Assembly (NCBI GenBank): GCA_948433885.1 | Contig: CAOJEC010000001.1 | Span: 942-64,941 of the forward strand | Length of the DNA: 64,000 nucleotides | From: an uncultured bacterium | GTDB taxonomy: Bacteria; Bacillota_I; Bacilli_A; RF39; UBA660 | Direction of reading: 5' to 3' | Part shown: positions 20,712-30,867 of the stretch, piece after piece | How positions within the stretch are numbered: the first letter of the stretch is position 1 | Layout of the letters: each line of letters begins with the position of its first letter | The notes under the pieces: generated by a model | Seen by the model: only the letters and a program-made list of their open reading frames with translations | Told to the model about the DNA's origin: nothing | Database searches by the model: none | Made by a program: the position numbers and the translations under genes

Positions 20712-21419
20712 ATGGAATACAATATATATTGCGATGAAAGCTGTCATATTCAACATGATGGAAATGATATAATGGTCATAGGTGGTGTTTTTTGTCCTAA
20801 AAGCAAAGCAAAAAAAATAAATAAAGAAATTAGAAGGATTAAGGAGAAATATAAAATTGGTCCTCTTGCTGAAGTTAAGTGGCACAAAGTTTCTAATAAC
20901 AAATTAGATTTTTATAAAGAGTTAATAGAGTATTTTTTTTCAACTGAAGATTTGCGTTTTAGATGTGTTATAGCTCCAGAAAAGAAAAAACTAAACTTAG
21001 AAAAGTATTCTTTAACATATAATGAATGGTATTATAGAATATATTATCTTTTATTAAAAGAGATTGTTAGTGTTGATAGTGAATACTACATATACATGGA
21101 TATAAAAGATACTAAAGGTGGAGAAAAAGTAAAAAAATTAAAGGAAGTTTTAAATAATTTACTTTATGCATTTTATTCTGATGTTGTAAAAAATGTTCAA
21201 CTTGTTCGATCTGACGAAATAGAAATTATGCAATTGTCTGACATACTAATAGGTGCTGTATCTTATTTAAATAGAGATTTAAATGTTACTAGTAATGGGA
21301 AAAACGAAATTATTAATTTAATTTTGGAGAAAACAGGCCAAGGACTAAAATATACAACATCTCCAAAAATATTTCACAATAAATTTGATATCTTTAGATG
21401 GAAGCCGAGAAATGATTAA
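20712..21419 (+). CDS. DUF3800 domain protein
   Basis: N-terminal IYCDESCH (the 'DES' motif) and C-terminal SDEIEIMQLSDILIGAVSY match DUF3800 hallmarks. Strong RBS aaaggagaa. Confidence 0.6.
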   Translation: MEYNIYCDESCHIQHDGNDIMVIGGVFCPKSKAKKINKEIRRIKEKYKIGPLAEVKWHKVSNNKLDFYKELIEYFFSTEDLRFRCVIAPEKKKLNLEKYSLTYNEWYYRIYYLLLKEIVSVDSEYYIYMDIKDTKGGEKVKKLKEVLNNLLYAFYSDVVKNVQLVRSDEIEIMQLSDILIGAVSYLNRDLNVTSNGKNEIINLILEKTGQGLKYTTSPKIFHNKFDIFRWKPRND

Positions 21420-21885
21420 TAGTTGTAAATATGAAGATTTATTATTGGATTCTAATGATGATACGAATGAACTAATAGCCAAATCATATGCTTCATTTTG
21501 TGATTGTATGAACTCCGAGGAATTATCTTTTATGAATCAAAAAATTCTTTATAAAAAGGAAAAAGATTTACAATATATGAAAGAGTTTGGCTATTTACAC
21601 ATAGCATCTATGGAAAATGAAATGAAAATTAGAATATTTGATAAAAGCAGAATGATGTATATACCGCTAATAAAAAATATACTGGCTGATTGTAGTAAAA
21701 AAAGTTGTTCAAATATAGCTATCTATAGAGATAATAAAGATATATGTATATGGTGCAGAAAAAATAAATATTTAATTGTATTAAGTCCAAGAGAAAAAGG
21801 TTATTTGTTAAATACAGCATATCCAGTTATTTATGACAGAAAAATTTATACAATTGAAAAAAAAGCAAACGAAAACGGCTTATAA
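21412..21885 (+). CDS. hypothetical Cys-rich protein, translationally coupled to the DUF3800 gene
   Basis: ATG 21412 overlaps the upstream stop in atgattaa. CxC ... CSKKSCSN ... CIWC cysteine clusters could form a Zn site. No family recognised. Confidence 0.45.
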   Translation: MINSCKYEDLLLDSNDDTNELIAKSYASFCDCMNSEELSFMNQKILYKKEKDLQYMKEFGYLHIASMENEMKIRIFDKSRMMYIPLIKNILADCSKKSCSNIAIYRDNKDICIWCRKNKYLIVLSPREKGYLLNTAYPVIYDRKIYTIEKKANENGL

Positions 21886-22337
21886 TAAATAAACCGTTTT
21901 CTCCGCTCCTTCAACAGCTAGGTCGATGAGCTACTATTGACTATAATCATTATAAGATAAAATTATAAATAAGTCAATGAATTGTGTATTATAATACAAT
22001 AAATATTATGCTCTTGTCAACAATTTTAATACTATTTTTAATGTAAATTAATCTCTCACTGAAAGTTTTTTAGAAATTGGTACATTATTTTTAAGAATAT
22101 AATTAAAATAAATGTTAATACAAGCGATATTAGAGAAGACTTTAAAGAAGCTATGGATAGTTACGAAAAATTTATTGACGAATATGTAACTTTTATGAAA
22201 AAAAATATAGTAGTTTTTGATTGTTCTTTTATAAGTCCTTAAATAGTGTTATAACCTTTATTTATAAGCGTTTACAGCATTTTTATCTTTGAAGGATATT
22301 CTTATAAATTGTTATAATTTCTTATATTTTCACTTTC

Positions 22338-22362
22338 AAAAGTAGTAAATTAGTAGTAAAAA
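22338..22362. repeat. 24-bp direct repeat copy 1 (aaagtagtaaattagtagtaaaaa)
   Basis: Exact 24-nt match with 23107-23130. The sequence is itself an internal tandem of agtagtaaa. Confidence 0.55.
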
Positions 22363-22661
22363 TTTAGAAATCTTTTAAAGTATTAATTTTAAATATTTAA
22401 AAAATACTATGACATTGCACAGTATAAGAGTATCTATTTATAAAAGCGAGACTTAGTGGCATAGCCACTCAAGTCTTCGCCATAATAAGGTATAGTATTA
22501 CCCTTATTATGTAGCATATAGCATGTAGCAATAATGTTTTGTAGATGCCAATTAAAATTATTGAAACTGATGACAATATCATAGAAAATTGGTATAATTT
22601 ACTAAAATTAACGTATAAGTTAAATTTAATTATAAAACAATACTAAAAGGAAAAATTGAAG

Positions 22662-23081
22662 ATGGAAATATCAAAAAGAATTAAAATTGGGAATAATGAT
22701 TATTATATAATTGTTGACGTGGAATATAGAAAAATAGGAGATAATTTTCCCTCACTGTGCTTAAAAAATTATAAAGATGAACATTGGGATGGAGGCGACT
22801 GCTCAATTTTAATTGAAGAAGTAGAGAAACAATATACACCAGAAAAAGCCAAGCATTATGATGAACATATTGGATTTATGGCAGACGTTTTGTATATCTA
22901 TGATAGAATGCCTTTTATAAGCGGTATAAAAGATATTTATATTTCTAAAAATGATAATATACCATATTCCGAAGGATATATTTCAAAAGAGGAGATGGAT
23001 AAATATATTAAAGAATTTAATATAAAAATGAATCCTAATCCTAATTTTAAATTAAATGATGGACGAACTTGGAAACTATAA
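22662..23081 (+). CDS. hypothetical protein (island orphan)
   Basis: About 140 aa, no TM, no recognisable domain. ATG 22662 with RBS aaaagga. Confidence 0.4.
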   Translation: MEISKRIKIGNNDYYIIVDVEYRKIGDNFPSLCLKNYKDEHWDGGDCSILIEEVEKQYTPEKAKHYDEHIGFMADVLYIYDRMPFISGIKDIYISKNDNIPYSEGYISKEEMDKYIKEFNIKMNPNPNFKLNDGRTWKL

Positions 23082-23106
23082 TAAAATTGCATTTAAAGTT
23101 AATTAT

Positions 23107-23130
23107 AAAGTAGTAAATTAGTAGTAAAAA
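23107..23130. repeat. 24-bp direct repeat copy 2
   Basis: Identical to 22339-22362. Lies 26 bp after the stop of the 22662-23081 ORF. Confidence 0.55.
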
Positions 23131-23466
23131 AATACTATAATTTTGTAGATTTCTTTAGATATAAAGGAGTTTTATTAAAAAGTAAACTTTTTCACTAAAA
23201 TATAAGGCTAATAATTCTGATTTAAGTTTAATTAGTGATTATTCAAAATATTTAACTAAATATACGGAAATGTTAGAAAAATTTGAAAAATGGGAAAGTT
23301 CAAATATGACAACAAAAGAGGCTGTATATTATCTGGAAGTCCAAACAAGAGTAAGCAAAAAACTTTTAGAAGTGGCAAATTAAGGAGATTATTAAAAATG
23401 ATAATTTCCTTTTTTAATAAAATATTATTGTTGATAAATATTGTCGAATTGTGATAATATTATGAT

Positions 23467-23579
23467 GTCGGTAAGAAGTACTTAATTCCGACAAAACGTA
23501 GTGCTGTTGGTTTGAAGTAATAGAAACCAACAGATGAAGTTTTTCGGAACACAAGTAGTTTTTAGAGTGTTCCTTTTTT
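23467..23579 (+). ncRNA. structured 5' leader (three consecutive stem-loops ending in a terminator-like hairpin)
   Basis: Hairpins gtcgg...ccgac (23467-23492) and ctgttggttt-N10-aaaccaacag (23504-23533). A third, ggaacac-N14-gtgttcc + T6 (23546-23579), ends 40 nt upstream of the 23622 start. The layout is attenuator- or riboswitch-like, but of no class I recognise. Confidence 0.3.
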
Positions 23580-23621
23580 GTTTGTTTAAAGGAATACTAT
23601 GTAGAAAGAGAGTGTGTTTAT

Positions 23622-24584
23622 ATGAGTAAGAAAGAAACAAATTCAACCGAAAAGAAGAAAGGAAAATTAAAGAAAATTCTATTGATTATTTTATTAATAA
23701 TTGTAGTTCCTATTATTGTGTTCTTTGGTTATAGGTTCATTAGTACTAAAATTAGTAAATCTAATTCAGAAAAATTTAATAATAATTTGAATGAACTCGC
23801 TAAGGAAAGAATTGATTATGTATTTATCGAGATTAACCCATCACTTGTATTAACTGTTAAAGATAATAAAGTAGAAGATGTAAGTTGTTTAAATGATGAC
23901 TGTATGACTATCTATAATGAATTAAATGTCAAAGGAAAAAATATTAATGATAGTATTGATACTGTTTATAATAAGTCAAAAGAAAAAGGTTTTGATGTTT
24001 CAAATGGAGTTAAAGTTAAAACATCTAATAATGTAAATATTGAAGTTAGGGACCATATTATTATCGAACACATTGATAGTATTAAAGAACAAGAATTATT
24101 AAAAGAAGTAAAGAACAATGAAGATATTAAAAATGTAAGTAATGATGATTATTACACTAATTTATGGGAAGAATTAAAGAAAGACAAAGATTATGATAAT
24201 TTTTATACTTGTAAAATGGTGGATAAAGAACTTAAATGTTATTTTGCAGAGAAGTTTTTAACTATGTCAAACGAAAATAACGGTAATGGTTTAAATCCTA
24301 GGGATTTATCAAGAGTTTTAGATAAGTTTGGAATTAAGTACGAAAGTTGGAACTGGGGAGTAGATTTTGGAGATCATCCATATGGTTTATATATAAATGG
24401 TAAACTTTATTATATGGTTAACGATAGTTTAGAATATTACGGAGATATACCTGATTGTGAGAGTGAAAAATCTGGTATGCCAACAGGTTATGTTTCTTGT
24501 GCTATGGCATATGGAAACCCTGAAAATATAATACAATATCCAAAAAGTAAATTAAATCTATTAACTTCACAATTTGATAGTTAG
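23622..24584 (+). CDS. membrane-anchored extracytoplasmic protein, unknown function
   Basis: Lys-rich N-terminus, then a TM segment (ILLIILLIIVVPIIVFFGY), then a roughly 280-aa Cys-containing external domain. Confidence 0.45.
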   Translation: MSKKETNSTEKKKGKLKKILLIILLIIVVPIIVFFGYRFISTKISKSNSEKFNNNLNELAKERIDYVFIEINPSLVLTVKDNKVEDVSCLNDDCMTIYNELNVKGKNINDSIDTVYNKSKEKGFDVSNGVKVKTSNNVNIEVRDHIIIEHIDSIKEQELLKEVKNNEDIKNVSNDDYYTNLWEELKKDKDYDNFYTCKMVDKELKCYFAEKFLTMSNENNGNGLNPRDLSRVLDKFGIKYESWNWGVDFGDHPYGLYINGKLYYMVNDSLEYYGDIPDCESEKSGMPTGYVSCAMAYGNPENIIQYPKSKLNLLTSQFDS

Positions 24585-24596
24585 GAGTGATTTTAA

Positions 24597-24914
24597 ATGA
24601 GTTGGTTAATGGGAATAGTAACTTGGGTTAAATCTCATGTACTTGTATCAATTATAATTAGTATAGTTGTAGTTGGTGGTAGAATTACTGGAGTTGTAGT
24701 TTTAACTGGTAATAAAGAAGAATTACCACCAAAAGTAGAAGAAAATAAAAATAATGATACTGTTGTTTTAAAAGATAATTTGAAATTCGAGATAACTAGT
24801 GAAGTAACATTATTGTCTTTAATAAGTGATAATAATAAAGTAAAAATACTAAGTAATGATGAAAAGATAGATACTTCTATGTTAGGAGAAAAAGAGGTTA
24901 TGGTGTTAGTATAG
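24597..24914 (+). CDS. small membrane-anchored protein
   Basis: 105 aa with an N-terminal TM. Strong RBS aggagtga. Only 12 bp after the previous gene, so probably an operon. Confidence 0.4.
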   Translation: MSWLMGIVTWVKSHVLVSIIISIVVVGGRITGVVVLTGNKEELPPKVEENKNNDTVVLKDNLKFEITSEVTLLSLISDNNKVKILSNDEKIDTSMLGEKEVMVLV

Positions 24915-24978
24915 ATATATAGACACAAAAGCGTGGACAATTATGATAGAATAAGAACCACGAAAAGAAGTGCCTCAA

Positions 24979-25110
24979 ATGGAAAGAAGAAAACGATATG
25001 ACGAAGAATTTAAAAAGATGATTGTAGATTTATACAAAAAAACCAGCCAGTGGAATAATGCGTGAATATGGACGCATAGCCGAACAACCATCGATTTAGA
25101 GAGACTCAAG
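24979..25110 (+). mobile_element. IS3-family transposase OrfA remnant (degenerate)
   Basis: Translates to MERRKRYDEEFKKMIVDLYKK..., the typical IS3 OrfA N-terminal HTH. It is truncated by a stop, and a shifted frame continues as REYGRIAEQPSI. No intact OrfB follows. Confidence 0.5.
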
Positions 25111-25335
25111 GCAAAAGGAAATTGGAATAAATTTAAATACGAATCAAATTGTCCTCAAATTTGTGTCTAAAAACTTGACATAAGTCCAATATGTAATTGA
25201 GATAGATTATTGGAGATTTTTAGAAGGAAATTTTTACACCTAAAATCGTGGATAGAAAGGATCGTAAAAAGTTTTGAACCCCTCCTATAATCGTGCCAAT
25301 TAGAATGTTACTTCGTCTTTCAAGTTAAAATATAT

Positions 25336-25370
25336 AAAAACGTTGAAATTATGAGAATTTCAACGTTTTT
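25336..25370. terminator. perfect 15-bp-stem hairpin (bidirectional terminator-like)
   Basis: aaaaacgttgaaatt-atgag-aatttcaacgttttt, flanked by A/T tracts. Confidence 0.45.
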
Positions 25371-25622
25371 ATATTTTAATACAAAGTTTGTGCAGTATTT
25401 CGACTTCTATTAGATTTAAGTCTTGTGGTCTAGTCTTTTTAATACTTCATAATGATTAATTGTTGCACAGTCTCTTCTAATAAAAGGTGTGCGGACTTTA
25501 ATAAATGATTGTATTACTGAGGCTATTTATACCACTAAGTTTTTACAATGTTTTTTTATGATTCAAAGTAATATTATTTTGAAATAATTGGTTTATAGAG
25601 AAAATAGAGATCTATCGCCAAT

Positions 25623-25673
25623 GTAAACGAATGTAAATTCTGCGTAAATTTTGCGTAAATTTGCCGTAAAATA
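25623..25673 (+). promoter_or_regulatory. phased GTAAA(T) motif array upstream of the giant surface protein gene
   Basis: Five GTAAA motifs at 25623, 25633, 25644, 25655 and 25666 (spacing 10-11 bp), including tandem tgcgtaaattt x2. The array lies 105-155 bp upstream of the ATG at 25779. Confidence 0.4.
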
Positions 25674-25778
25674 TTTACATAATTGTGATTGTTTGTTAAA
25701 ATCTTTTTAGAACTTGGAACTTGATGAGTAAAAAGTTTATATATAATAAATAGCAATAAAAATGGGAGGAAAAGTATT

Positions 25779-28700
25779 ATGTGCAATAATAAGAAGAAAT
25801 ATAGTTATTTATTAGTGGGAATAGCAAGTTTAGCCCTAGTAGTTGGTATGGCTTGTTCTGGAAATATATATCAAAAAACGACAAACAATATAGATACAAC
25901 TAGATTAGCAACAAACTTAGATTTAAGAGGCGACTATCTTTATTTATCTGACTTAAATTATATTACAGAAAATAATTGGTCTTATAATGGCTGGAGTGGT
26001 CATGAAATTCAGAAAGATAAAAACCAAGACGGTGGCATCTTAAGTCTCATGATCGATGGAGAAAAAAGATTATTTGCCAAAGGTCTCGGCATTCATGCAA
26101 AAGGACAAGTAACTTTTGATATATCTGAATATTCAACTCAATTTCCAAGATTTGTTGCTAAACTAGGTGTCGATGCAGCTAGAGGAACAAATGGTAGCAT
26201 TTGGTTTAGAATTACAGCTTCTAGAGATGGAGAAACTTGGGATAGACTAGTAGATAGAACTGATACCGTGACAGGTGCGAGTGAAGCTCTCAATATCGAT
26301 TTAGATGTTACAGGATATAAGTATCTTTGTATTTATGTCGATCCTAATGGTTCAAATGCAGCAGATCATGGTACTATAGCAGATGCCCGTTTAGTTACAA
26401 AAGATTTTAATTTGGGCGATTCAGGAAATTACACCAAACTTCAAAAATTAGAATATTATGACAATATTCTAAATGCTAACAGTGCAGAAGAAAATTATAA
26501 TAATAATTATCGACTAATTTTAGAAAGAGAATTGGTAAGAAAATTAGGTTATTGGAATATCCAATATATTACCGATTTTGATACCGAAATTTCTGAAACA
26601 TTGGATTGGATTTTAAGTGATAATAGAAGGGTAGAAGAAGTTATCGAGGTTGGTGAAATTTCGAATATTACAAAATTCTTAACTATTGTTTCCGACATTT
26701 ATCATCAATACCAAAGTGAATTAAATTCAGAAAATGGTTATGTTTATGAAAAAATGATAATAGCCTTAGCAGCTGGATATACTACTGACAGGATTATATC
26801 ACCGCTAGAATTTAGCTTTCCAGCTCCTAAATACGACTATTTAGAGCGTTTTGAAATAATGAAGGATCTCTTTGTCAACAACAAGCTAAAAGTAGTTAAA
26901 AATAACGAATTACAAGGCGAATTTATCGATAATGAATGGTTTAAAGATTACCATGTAGAATTAATGCGTATGGTAATGCAAGATGGAACTAGTAATGGTG
27001 ATCTCGTATGGCTCAATGGATTTACATACGAAAAACAAAGTGTAAGTTTTTATATGATGGCTTATGTATCTCCGGTATATACTCAAGATAAATATTATGC
27101 TGAAGAAAATAGAGAAAAATACGATAGCCAATTTTATTTAAGTAAATATAATGTACCATATGGGTTAATAAATGGCGTCAAAATTCCAAGATATTGGATG
27201 GTATTTGCCAATGGCGGTATTTGTTGAAATGCTTCTCGTGTGGGCCAAAGCATGTATCGTGTCAATGGTGTTCCTGCAACAGGAGCTTATCAAATAGGTC
27301 ACGAATTGTATATATCATATTATGAAGATGCTAACGGTAATGGTTATTGGTCACCAAGATATGGTAACTGGAATGGTGCTGGAAGTACTTGGGGTGGAGG
27401 AAATCCTTTCCGTTACTTATTCAACTGGAATAATAAGTATTTCACAGATAAGCACATTAGTGGCTCTAAAGTAGCATCAAGTACAGGATATCTATACTTG
27501 GGACAAGCAAACTTAAATAGATACGAAGACTATAAAAAATCTTTATACTTAAATTTATCAGCTAATTCATACACGGATGATAATAAAAAATTAGAAACAT
27601 ATTTTAAATCCTTGGAAGTAAATGACATAAATCTAGATACTTATGATTATATAATAAATCTTTATAAAAAGATGAGTGTAAAAAATGAAGGTGGCACAAT
27701 AACTTCTAGTGATTGGTATGATTTGGCAAATAAGATAATCGAAGCATATACTTATTATCCAGTCGCTATGTTCGACCTACTAAAAGTCATAAGACCTTAT
27801 TTAGAGGGCAGTGAAAAGTTACATATAGATAGATTAGAGGAAGATGCATTAGAAAGAGCATCAAGAGCAACAGCAAATGAAACAATTCAAGGAGATGCTG
27901 TTCGAACTCATGCAAGACAACTATTGAATAAAGCACAACCTGATCCTATGACTTTCTCATTTGATGGTGAAAATGCAGGTATTATCGTCAAAAATCCAAT
28001 GTATGAACTTGCATGGGCGTATAGTCTAGATGGAGGAGTAACTTTTACAGAATTTATAAGTGATGCTTCGCATAAGTTAACGAATGAAGAATTAGCTAGA
28101 ATTACTGCGGAAAATGGTATAATCTTTAAATTTATGGGATTAAATGATTATAGATTTACTATTAATATTAGTAATGGTACTCTAAATAGTAATTTGTATG
28201 CTAATGATCTAGAAAATAGAGTTGTCGGTATAGATTTAACATATGAATGGCGTAATAGTGAGAGTGATCCTTGGACATCATATAGAACCGCTTCACCGGA
28301 TAACACTGGAAGTAAAACTTTATATGTTAGAAGAGGAGCTACCGGAACAGAATTAGCAACTGAATCAGTTACTTATACATTTACACCAGATAATCAACCT
28401 GATACAAGGAAATATGTATCTGTTTCACATTTGACTATAGAAGGTGTCTCAACCCAAGCAACTAGCAATGGTGGCGCTGCAATCTATGCTATCGATGGAA
28501 ATTACAATACTAGATGGCATAGTGCATGGGATGGAAGCGATACCCAAAGGTTCATAACAATTAAATTAGATAAACCGAGATTTGTTTCAGCAGTAGAATT
28601 CGTTCCTGCTAGTGGTGGTAATGGTAGAATAAACGATGGAACTATTTGGGGTAGTATCGATGGTGAAAATTGGGAAATATTATCTCAAAGAAGAGGTATA

Positions 28701-30446
28701 ACTTATTCTTCACAAGCAAATACTAACGAACAAGCTATCGAGTTTACTCAAAATTTTGAAATAGATAATCCTATGGAAGTACAATATATTAAAGTAGTAG
28801 CTGATAGAACGAATGGAAATTGGTTTGCTGCGAGAGCATTTAATATCTTCCAAGATATAACAATGAATCCAAGACCTACTGCAGGAGTAGGATATAGTAC
28901 TACTGATCCAACTAATAATGACGTAGTCGCAAGACTGTTAAACATAAGTTCAGCAAATTTTGAAATATTAAGTGAAGGTGGAGATACACATACATTTACA
29001 GAAAATGGTGAATTTACATTTAGATTTGTCGATAAAGAAACAGGATTAGAAGGATCGGCAGTTGCTAGAGTAGATTGGATTGATAAAGATGCTCCAACTG
29101 CGACATTCGAATATTCTCCTAATTCATCAACTAACCATTCTGTAATTGTTACATTAAAACCAAGCGAAAAAGTTAGAGTAACAAATAATGGAAACTTTAC
29201 TGTCGATGAAGAAGGTAATATTTATAATATCGATGGAATAATGATTCCTGGTTTAAAAGCAGATGAAAACGGAGATGTTTGGGATAGTGATGGTAATTAT
29301 GTTACAAATATAAATCCGTTCACTTATGAATTCCTTTCGAATGGGGAGTTTACATTCGAATTTGTAGATATGGCTGGAAACACTGGTTCGGCAACTGCCA
29401 AAGTAGATTGGATCGATACAACAGCACCAACAGCATCAATAGAATATGATATAAAATCACTTACAAACAAAGATGTAACCGCGACTATATCATTTGATGA
29501 AGAAGATGTGACTGTAACAAACAACGATGGAGAACTAGATTATGTATTTACGGAAAATGGTGAATTCACGTTCCATTTCCAAGATGCCGCTGGAAATACT
29601 GGAAGCATCACCGCAAATGTCGACTGGATAGACAAAGAAGCTCCAACTGCGGAATTAAAATATGAAATCTTAGAGGATAAAGTAATTGTAACAGTTGTTA
29701 ATCCAAGTAAAGAAATAACATTTGAAGAAGGAAATGGCGTTTACGAATTTACAAAAAACGGAGATTATGAAATAGTATTTTATGACTCTTTGGGGAATGT
29801 CGGTAAACTAATTGCTAAAATAGATTCATTTGAGGAAGAAGATAAACCGGATAAACCTGAGAACCCTGATGAAGGTAAACCTGAGAATCCAGATAAGCCT
29901 GAAAATCCCGATGAAGGAAAGCCTGAGAATCCAGATAAGCCTGAAAATCCCGATGAAGGTAAACCTGAGGAACCAGAAAAACCTGAAAATCCTGACGAAG
30001 GCAAACCTGAGGAACCAGGAAAGCCTGAGAACCCTGACGAAGGAAAACCTGAAGAACCTGGAAAGCCTGAGAACCCTGACGAAGGAAAACCTGAAGATCC
30101 AAGTAAACCTTCAAAACCAAATAAGCCTAATGATAATATCAATAATGGCAACACTACTGATATCGACAACAATACCAATAACAGTAATAGCGGTAATACA
30201 AACAATAATACCGATAACAACAGTGAAGATGACAATACATCAACAGAAAAACCTGACAATGATGGAATAAATGATGGAGAATCAAAACCAAGTACTGACA
30301 ATACGAATAAGGAAGATAACAAAAATGATAACTCATCAATAAGTGTCGAAAAAGATGAAAAGAAAAATATAGTAATATCTATATTAGTTGCTACAACATT
30401 AGTTTTAGTAGGATTATGTACATATGCTATTAAAAAATTAAAATAA
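25779..30446 (+). pseudogene. giant surface protein (paralog A) with in-frame TGA at 27225-27227
   Basis: ORFs 25779-27227 and 27240-30446 share one frame and are separated only by a TGA and four sense codons. Domains: lipoprotein-type signal (LALVVGMACSG), NPCBM-like domain, transglutaminase-like Cys core, F5/8 discoidin (AIDGNYNTRWHSAWDG), four or more Ig-like repeats (FTENGEFTF...DWIDKxAPTA), a (PENPDEGKPENPDK)n linker, an N/T-rich region and a C-terminal TM anchor. It is collinear with paralog B throughout. Confidence 0.6.
29846..30105 (+). repeat. tandem 42-bp repeats (about 6 copies) encoding PENPDEGKPE[NE]P[DEG]K
   Basis: A near-identical 42-nt unit (cctgagaaYccHgaYgaaggNaaRcctgaRgaWccaGRWaaR) is visible at the nucleotide level. 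It encodes a Pro/Glu-rich stalk. The minus-strand ORFs over it are artefacts. Confidence 0.7.
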
Positions 30447-30486
30447 TTTAAAAAAATGTGGTTAACAGGTCAAAAAATTCAATAAG

Positions 30487-30510
30487 AGGATAAGAAATTA
30501 TCCTTTTTTA
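30487..30510 (+). terminator. rho-independent terminator after paralog A
   Basis: aggataa-gaaa-ttatcct followed by TTTTTT. Confidence 0.5.
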
Positions 30511-30867
30511 TAATGGTATTTATACAAGCAAGTATTCTACATTCAATGATGCTAAAAATAGCATAATCTTTATCTCGTAGAATATTAAGAGGTCAATATT
30601 TGTATGAGTGAAGTCGAAAAACTAGGTTGTTTTATCGGATTAGAATTATTAGTTAATATTAGTGAAAGTAAAAAGGAGGTGTCTAATTGATTCACCTCAT
30701 TTTATTTTAATCTTTTTTGTACAACACGAATTATATAATTTAATAGTTATTGATGACTTTTAAAAGATGTAATTTCCTATGATGAAAATATATGATTGTA
30801 GATTAGTAATCGATAATATGTTATACTTGTTATATGAAGAAATTATAGAAAAGATGGAGGAAAAATT

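Noticed and set aside
20600-21940. Integration att repeat matching the tRNA-Trp 3' end downstream of the island genes
   Set aside because: Only a weak partial match (ttctccgc near 21900) was seen by eye. I could not support a defined att site without a computational search.
22338-23130. CRISPR array
   Set aside because: There are only two copies of the 24-bp repeat, 770 bp apart, with a protein-coding gene between them. There is no regular short-spacer architecture and no cas genes.
27225-27227. Possibility that TGA encodes Trp (genetic code 4, mollicute-like), given the AT-rich genome
   Set aside because: uvrA, ychF, tsaB and many other well-defined genes end in TGA at the expected positions. 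Cell-wall genes are also present. So the standard code applies and this TGA is a true stop or a local anomaly.
29780-30339. Minus-strand and alternative-frame ORFs (180 aa, 101 aa, 146 aa, 61 aa) over the Pro-rich tandem-repeat region
   Set aside because: They are artefacts of the 42-bp tandem repeats, whose low complexity keeps all frames open. They sit entirely inside the well-supported giant surface protein gene.
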